Positions 58,990 to 64,000 of a DNA stretch of 64,000 nt are shown here, one piece after another. A program made the translations under genes and the position numbers. The stretch's first letter is position 1, and every line of letters starts with the position of its first letter. The stretch is taken from assembly GCA_050945495.1 (NCBI GenBank), contig JBMNTA010000004.1, forward strand, positions 10,876 to 74,875, written 5' to 3'. The notes below the pieces were generated by a model, which worked only from the letters and a program-made list of their open reading frames with translations, was not told the DNA's origin and ran no database searches. This stretch comes from Saccharofermentanales bacterium (GTDB taxonomy: Bacteria > Bacillota > Clostridia > Saccharofermentanales > DTU023).

Positions 58990-61170
58990 ATGAGCACACC
59001 GACCGAAACCAAAACGACGCCGCGTGTCCCGACCTTGGGGGCCACGGAGGTCCACGTCCGACCGGAAACGACACCGATGGCCCCGTTCCGCGACCTTCGG
59101 ATCGGGGTGGCGACGCCCGAGATCCGCTTGGGCGACATCGCGCACAACGAGCGGGCCATGCGGTCGATCATCGAGGAAGCGATCGCGGCGGAAACCGACG
59201 TCCTGTTGTTTTCCGATTTGGCGTTGACGGGGGCCGCCATGGGCGATCTCTACCGTTCGAAAGCCTTGCAGGCCGCGTGCTTGACGAGCCTTTCGCGCAT
59301 CAAAGACGCGACCGCCGGCACGTCGCTTCTGGTGTTGCTGTCGTTGCCGCTCTGCATGGGCACGAAGGTTTACAAGGTGACCGCGTTGGTGTTCAAAGGC
59401 GACATCGTCGGCGTGACCCCGGCCCCGCACCTCTCGCGATCAGAGCGGCGTTGGTTCGACGATCCGTGCATGACGTGCGTGGAGGACCTCGGGCACGACA
59501 ACGCGATGTGTCCGCCGTGTGTGACCGACGAGGACGGCGGGCTCACGGTGGAATTTTCGCCCGATGTGTGCCCCACGCTGATGCGCCCCGCGTTCGACGA
59601 TGAGATCGCCGCGGAGGTCGCGCTGGATGCGGTCGATGTCAATCAACTTTTGTCGACGACCTTCCCCTTTGTCAATTTATGCACCGTGATTCCTTGCCTG
59701 ACCGTGCGTCCCGCGGCCCTTCGCGGCGGCACGCCCGACATGACCGCGTTGACGCTCTCCAATTTTCACGCCAAAGCCCTGGCGGACGCCTTTGATCAGG
59801 GGTCGATCCCCCTGGCGGCGATCGCCGAGGCGCGTCCAGAATACGTCGGCGAATATCGGCGCTTGCGCGCCGAACTCATTCGGCGATCGCTCCGCGATCA
59901 CAGCATCATCCTGTATGCGGGCGCGGGACCGGGCGAAACCACGAGCGGCGGCGTGCATGCCGGCCATCGCCTGATTGTGTCCGATGGTCAAATTTTGGCG
60001 GAAGGGGCGCCGTACACGGCGGGCTTGACCTTGGCCGACGTATCCGCGAAGAGCTTATTCGATCTGCGCCGCGGCGCGACGGAGCGCTGGGACATCGTGA
60101 CGATGCGGCCCTCGGACCCGGACGTCGACGCGTTCGATCGCTTGCCGTTCGTGCACCTTTGCGGCACGGATGCGACGACGTTGGCCCGGGAGACGTTGGA
60201 GATCCAGGCCCGCGGCTTGGCCGGCCGCCTGCAACACATCGGCGCTCGGCCCGTCTTGGGCGTGTCCGGCGGCTTGGATTCCGCCCACGCCCTGTTGGTC
60301 TGTCACCGCGCCGTCCGCATTTTGGAGCGACCGGCCGCGGACGTCCTGGCCGTCTCGATGCCGGGACCCGGCACCTCGCCGACCTCGCGCACACTGGCGC
60401 AAACCCTGATGACGGCCGTGGGCGCCGAAGCGCGCGAAATCGAGATCGACGACGCCGTCGCGCGCCATTTGGAGGCGATCGGTCACGACGGCGTTACGCA
60501 CGACGTCACCTACGAGAACGCTCAGGCGCGTGAGCGCACGAAAATCTTGATGGATCTTGCGAACTTGGAAGGAGGCCTGGTCGTCGGAACGGGCGATCTT
60601 TCGGAACTGGCCCTGGGATGGTGCACGTACAACGGCGATCAGATGTCAATGTACGGCGTCAATGCCTCCGTCACCAAGACGTGTCTGCGCGCCATCGATC
60701 AAACGCTCGCCGACGAGCTTGCCCACGGACAGGATCATTTCGGGTTCGCCGACGGCGCGGCCGTGGCATCGGCACTGAACACGATCCTCGCACGCCCCGT
60801 CTCCCCCGAATTGCTGCCGCCCAACGAAGACGGACGCGTGCCTCAAGTCACGGAAGACGTCGTCGGCCCTTACGAGCTCGTCGATTTCTTCTTGTGGCAC
60901 ATGGTGTTCGACGGCCACGCCCCGTCGACCGTCTATGACCGGGCACGCGTGGCATTCGACGGCGTGTACGACGATGCCGCCATCGCACATCGGCTGCGCG
61001 ACTTCATCCGTCGCTTCACCCGCAGTCAATTCAAGCGCACCGCCTCCCCCGACGGCGTGGCGGCCTTTCCGCGACGGCTTTTGCCATCCTCGGCGTGGCA
61101 CATGCCCGCGGACGTGACGGCGGCGACATGGCTCGATGACTTGGAACGACACCTCAATGATCCCCGATAG
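58990..61170 (+). CDS. nadE: NAD+ synthase, long two-domain form (CN-hydrolase-like N-domain plus synthetase domain)
   Basis: GAGGAGGGG RBS before ATG 58990. Synthetase motifs GVSGGLDSAH and GTGDLSELALGW. The N-domain aligns to the glutaminase domain but with altered catalytic positions. Confidence 0.85.
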   Translation: MSTPTETKTTPRVPTLGATEVHVRPETTPMAPFRDLRIGVATPEIRLGDIAHNERAMRSIIEEAIAAETDVLLFSDLALTGAAMGDLYRSKALQAACLTSLSRIKDATAGTSLLVLLSLPLCMGTKVYKVTALVFKGDIVGVTPAPHLSRSERRWFDDPCMTCVEDLGHDNAMCPPCVTDEDGGLTVEFSPDVCPTLMRPAFDDEIAAEVALDAVDVNQLLSTTFPFVNLCTVIPCLTVRPAALRGGTPDMTALTLSNFHAKALADAFDQGSIPLAAIAEARPEYVGEYRRLRAELIRRSLRDHSIILYAGAGPGETTSGGVHAGHRLIVSDGQILAEGAPYTAGLTLADVSAKSLFDLRRGATERWDIVTMRPSDPDVDAFDRLPFVHLCGTDATTLARETLEIQARGLAGRLQHIGARPVLGVSGGLDSAHALLVCHRAVRILERPAADVLAVSMPGPGTSPTSRTLAQTLMTAVGAEAREIEIDDAVARHLEAIGHDGVTHDVTYENAQARERTKILMDLANLEGGLVVGTGDLSELALGWCTYNGDQMSMYGVNASVTKTCLRAIDQTLADELAHGQDHFGFADGAAVASALNTILARPVSPELLPPNEDGRVPQVTEDVVGPYELVDFFLWHMVFDGHAPSTVYDRARVAFDGVYDDAAIAHRLRDFIRRFTRSQFKRTASPDGVAAFPRRLLPSSAWHMPADVTAATWLDDLERHLNDPR

Positions 61171-61188
61171 AAAGCATGGATTTATTCG

Positions 61189-62334
61189 ATGATTTACCTT
61201 GATCAATGCAGCACATCTTTTCCCAAAGCCCGCGGCGTCGGCGACGCCATGAAGACCTTTTTGGAGGATGCGGGCGTCAACGTCGGACGCGGCAACTACG
61301 GGGCCGCCTACGACGTCGAAGCCGACGTCCTCGACACGCGCGAACGCATCGGTCGCCTGATCGGACACCCGAACCCGCGCGGCATTCTCTTTACCTCCGG
61401 GGTCACGGAATCGATGAACGTCTTCTTCTACGGCTATTTGATGCCGGGCGACCATGTCGTCGTCGGCGGCATGGAACACAACGCCGTGATGCGTCCGCTG
61501 ACGCACTTGCAGCGTTTGCGGGACATCCGTTACACCGTCGCCGAGACCGATGCCTGTGGGTTCACGTCGGCCGAGGCCGTCGAACGGGCAATGGAGGACG
61601 ACACGAAGGCGGTCGTCATCTCGCACGCCTCCAACGTCTCCGGCACCATCCAGCCGATCGCCGAGATCGGGGCGCTCTGCCGCGACCGCGGCATCGTGTT
61701 CGCCGTGGATGCCGCACAGTCCTGCGGGGCGTTGCCGATCGACATGGAGGCGATGCACATCGGATTTTTGGGCTTCACCGGCCACAAGAGCCTCCTCGGG
61801 CCCCACGGTACGGGCGGATTCGGCATCGATGAAGAGCTCGCGGCCCGCATGGAACCGCTGTTGGTCGGCGGCACGGGCAGCCGCTCCGACAGCTTCGATC
61901 AGCCCGGTTTTTTGCCCGATAAGTTTGAAAGCGGCACGCAAAACCTGCCGGGCATCATGGGGCTTCGCGCCGCTCTGATGGCGTTGGAGTCGGAGGGCAT
62001 GGAAGCGCGCCACGATCGAGCCATGGCCTTGACCGCCCGCTTTTTGGAGGGCGTCCGGGCGATCCCGGGCGTGGTCGCCGTCGGCTACCCGAACATCGAG
62101 GGGCGCACGGCCGTCGTCTCGGTCGACGTCCCCGCGATGGACAATGCCCGCGTCGCGTTCGAGCTCGAACAGGGCTACGACATCATGGTGCGCGTCGGCC
62201 TTCACTGCGCGCCGTTGGCCCATAAAACCCTCGGGACCTTCCCGCGCGGCACGATCCGCTTTTCCTTCGGCCCCTCGAACACGGAAGCGGAGATCGACAC
62301 GGCGCTCAACGCCCTCGAGCAAACGGCGCGGTAA
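61189..62334 (+). CDS. class V aminotransferase / cysteine desulfurase-family protein
   Basis: PLP-lysine context FLGFTGHKSLLGPHGTGG. About 381 aa. Confidence 0.8.
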   Translation: MIYLDQCSTSFPKARGVGDAMKTFLEDAGVNVGRGNYGAAYDVEADVLDTRERIGRLIGHPNPRGILFTSGVTESMNVFFYGYLMPGDHVVVGGMEHNAVMRPLTHLQRLRDIRYTVAETDACGFTSAEAVERAMEDDTKAVVISHASNVSGTIQPIAEIGALCRDRGIVFAVDAAQSCGALPIDMEAMHIGFLGFTGHKSLLGPHGTGGFGIDEELAARMEPLLVGGTGSRSDSFDQPGFLPDKFESGTQNLPGIMGLRAALMALESEGMEARHDRAMALTARFLEGVRAIPGVVAVGYPNIEGRTAVVSVDVPAMDNARVAFELEQGYDIMVRVGLHCAPLAHKTLGTFPRGTIRFSFGPSNTEAEIDTALNALEQTAR

Positions 62335-62414
62335 CGCCCCGCATTCGGACCGAAAACGCGATGTGTTGTGCTGACATGTTGACTTCAAACGGTCATCTTT
62401 CTGACATAATTCAA

Positions 62415-62625
62415 AACGTTGTCAACGCGCTTATCAACAATCAAAAAGTGAATAATTCACAAGTTATCAACACGATTTTGTGACGTTGACACCTCCTTCC
62501 GCACGATCGCATCGCACCGAAACGACACCAAAGCCGTCTACGATCGCCTTTGTGTCACGGGCGGCGATTTCGTTCACGAAGTTATTAACAATTCACACTT
62601 TGCAACTCACAAAATGTGAACGAAT
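62415..62625. other. DnaA-box cluster in an AT-rich spacer upstream of dnaA (candidate oriC or dnaA autoregulatory region)
   Basis: Five 9-mers are within one mismatch of TTATNCACA: TTATCAACA at 62431 and 62464, TTATTCACT (minus strand) at 62447-62455, TAATTCACA at 62453, TTATTAACA at 62582. Confidence 0.6.
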
Positions 62626-62791
62626 CGATGGCGTCCGAGACGGCGGAAATGCCCTGAAATCAGGCATTTTTGACTTTCACGCGACGCGTTTATCTGGTAC
62701 GATATTTGATACCGCTCCGCCCACCGATCGCGTGGGCGAACGGCCTTACGAAGCGTAACGAAGAAGTGGGGATTTCACGGTGAGGATGACG

Positions 62792-64000
62792 ATGACGAGG
62801 AGTAGCGCGGACACAATTTGGGACAGGGCCTGCCAAACAACGATCAGCAAAGAGGTCAATCCCTTGACATACAATACATGGTTCACGAATGTAAGGCCCT
62901 ACATTCGTGACGATCGGATTTTCGGGCTGTCGGTTCCCAACGACATGGCGGCCGATTACATCGAGCAACATCGTCCGCTCATCGAGGACGCCCTGAAGGG
63001 GGCGTCGCGTGTCGAATACGCGCTCGAAGTCGACGTGCGCTCGGACGGTTCCGTACCGAGCGCGGACGAGCTCGAACGTCGCGACGACACGTTGCGCGAA
63101 AACGACTTTTTGAACTCGACGCCGCTCAATCCCAATTATTCGTTTGATTCCTTTATTGTCGGTTCGGCGAACAGCTTTGCGCATGCGGCATCCGTGGCCG
63201 TGGCCTCCATGGAGGATCCCCATACCTGCAACCCGTTGTTCATGTACGGCGGCTCGGGGCTCGGCAAGACCCATCTCATGCACGCCATCGGCAACCAAGT
63301 CATGAAAGACTTCCCGGACAAGCGTGTCGTCTACGTTCAGACGGAACAGTTTGTCAATGAATTCATCACGTGCATTCAGAAAAATGACTTCGCGGCCTTC
63401 CGCCGCCACTACCGCATGGCCGACATGCTGTTGATCGACGACATTCAATTCATCGAGTCGAAAGAGCGCATGCAAGTCGAATTCTTCTACACGTTCAACG
63501 CGCTGTACGAGTCCGGCAAGAACATTGTGTTGACGTGCGATAAGCCGCCGCAGAGCCTGGCCTCGCTGACCGAACGGTTGCGCACGCGTTTTGCGAGCGG
63601 ATTGACGATCGACATCGGTCCGCCGGATTACGAGACGCGGATCGCGATCTTGAAGAACCTGTGCCGCACGCAGGGCGTCGACATCGACGACGACATCTTG
63701 GAGTACATCGCCGACAACATCACGACGAACGTCCGAGAGATCGAAGGCGCCTTCAAGACGATCAGCGCCCTCCAAGTGATGGGCACCGTTGTCACGCTCG
63801 ACGTCGCGCGCGAGGCCTTGAAAAACATCATTCAACCGGGCGCGGTGAAACCGTTGGGTTTCCCGTTGATCATGGAAATCGTCGCGCATTATTACGGCGT
63901 GACGGTCGATGATTTGAAGTCGCGCCAACGCAGTCAGGACATCGTTTTGCCGCGCCAAATCGCCATGTATTTGTGCCGCAAACAATTGAATAAGACCTTT
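62792..64000 (+). CDS. dnaA: chromosomal replication initiator DnaA (3' end beyond the window)
   Basis: Own translation: MTRSSADTIWDRACQ..YNTWF.., Walker A GGSGLGKTHLMHAIGN, Walker B LLIDDIQF, sensor NVREIEGAF. Open to the last base. GGTGAGGA RBS. In-frame GTG 62780 and ATG 62786 are alternative starts. Confidence 0.95.
   Translation, partial: MTRSSADTIWDRACQTTISKEVNPLTYNTWFTNVRPYIRDDRIFGLSVPNDMAADYIEQHRPLIEDALKGASRVEYALEVDVRSDGSVPSADELERRDDTLRENDFLNSTPLNPNYSFDSFIVGSANSFAHAASVAVASMEDPHTCNPLFMYGGSGLGKTHLMHAIGNQVMKDFPDKRVVYVQTEQFVNEFITCIQKNDFAAFRRHYRMADMLLIDDIQFIESKERMQVEFFYTFNALYESGKNIVLTCDKPPQSLASLTERLRTRFASGLTIDIGPPDYETRIAILKNLCRTQGVDIDDDILEYIADNITTNVREIEGAFKTISALQVMGTVVTLDVAREALKNIIQPGAVKPLGFPLIMEIVAHYYGVTVDDLKSRQRSQDIVLPRQIAMYLCRKQLNKTF

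Overview
GC-rich bacterial chromosomal window with Firmicutes/Clostridia-like gene content and strong AGGAGG-type ribosome-binding sites. The taxon cannot be fixed from the sequence alone. The window ends in a DnaA-box cluster and the 5' part of dnaA, which is missing from the ORF track because it runs off the end. About 50 protein genes are supportable. Most long ORFs lying antisense to them look like stop-codon-poor artefacts of high GC.

Gene blocks, left to right:
- 1-2.6 kb: a visibly AT-richer patch with a TetR gene, an orphan Cys-type GrdB/PrdB-like gene and a cupin.
- 2.6-9 kb: cation antiporter, LysR regulator and a YhaO/YhaN-type nuclease/ATPase pair.
- 9-12.2 kb: a selenocysteine formate dehydrogenase, split in the ORF track, with a ferritin-like gene.
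- 12.3-16 kb: trkH-trkA operon.
- 16.1-25.1 kb: a LacI-controlled N-heterocycle catabolic module with an NCS1 permease, DPD-like flavoprotein, three-subunit molybdenum hydroxylase and CodA-like amidohydrolase.
- 25.3-28.9 kb: pheST.
- 29-37.8 kb: a complete glycine reductase operon, grdX-E-B-trxB-trxA-grdA-C-D, with two UGA-Sec genes.
- 38-49.6 kb: a second GrdE/GrdB-like selenoprotein pair joined to an Opp-type ABC importer and two amidohydrolases under a local TetR regulator.
- 49.6-62.3 kb: convergent tldD/pmbA, then an MFS transporter, eno, a lipoprotein, an SDR, an aminopeptidase P, nadE and a class V aminotransferase.

Four in-frame UGA codons (fdhA, grdB, grdA, grdB-like 2) are best read as selenocysteine.

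The most interesting candidate for an undescribed system is the second reductase locus. Its GrdE paralog has Phe where glycine-type GrdE carries the self-cleavage Cys. Its gene context points to an imported peptide-like or N-acyl substrate rather than free glycine or betaine.

No rRNA, tRNA, CRISPR array or recognisable mobile element was seen.
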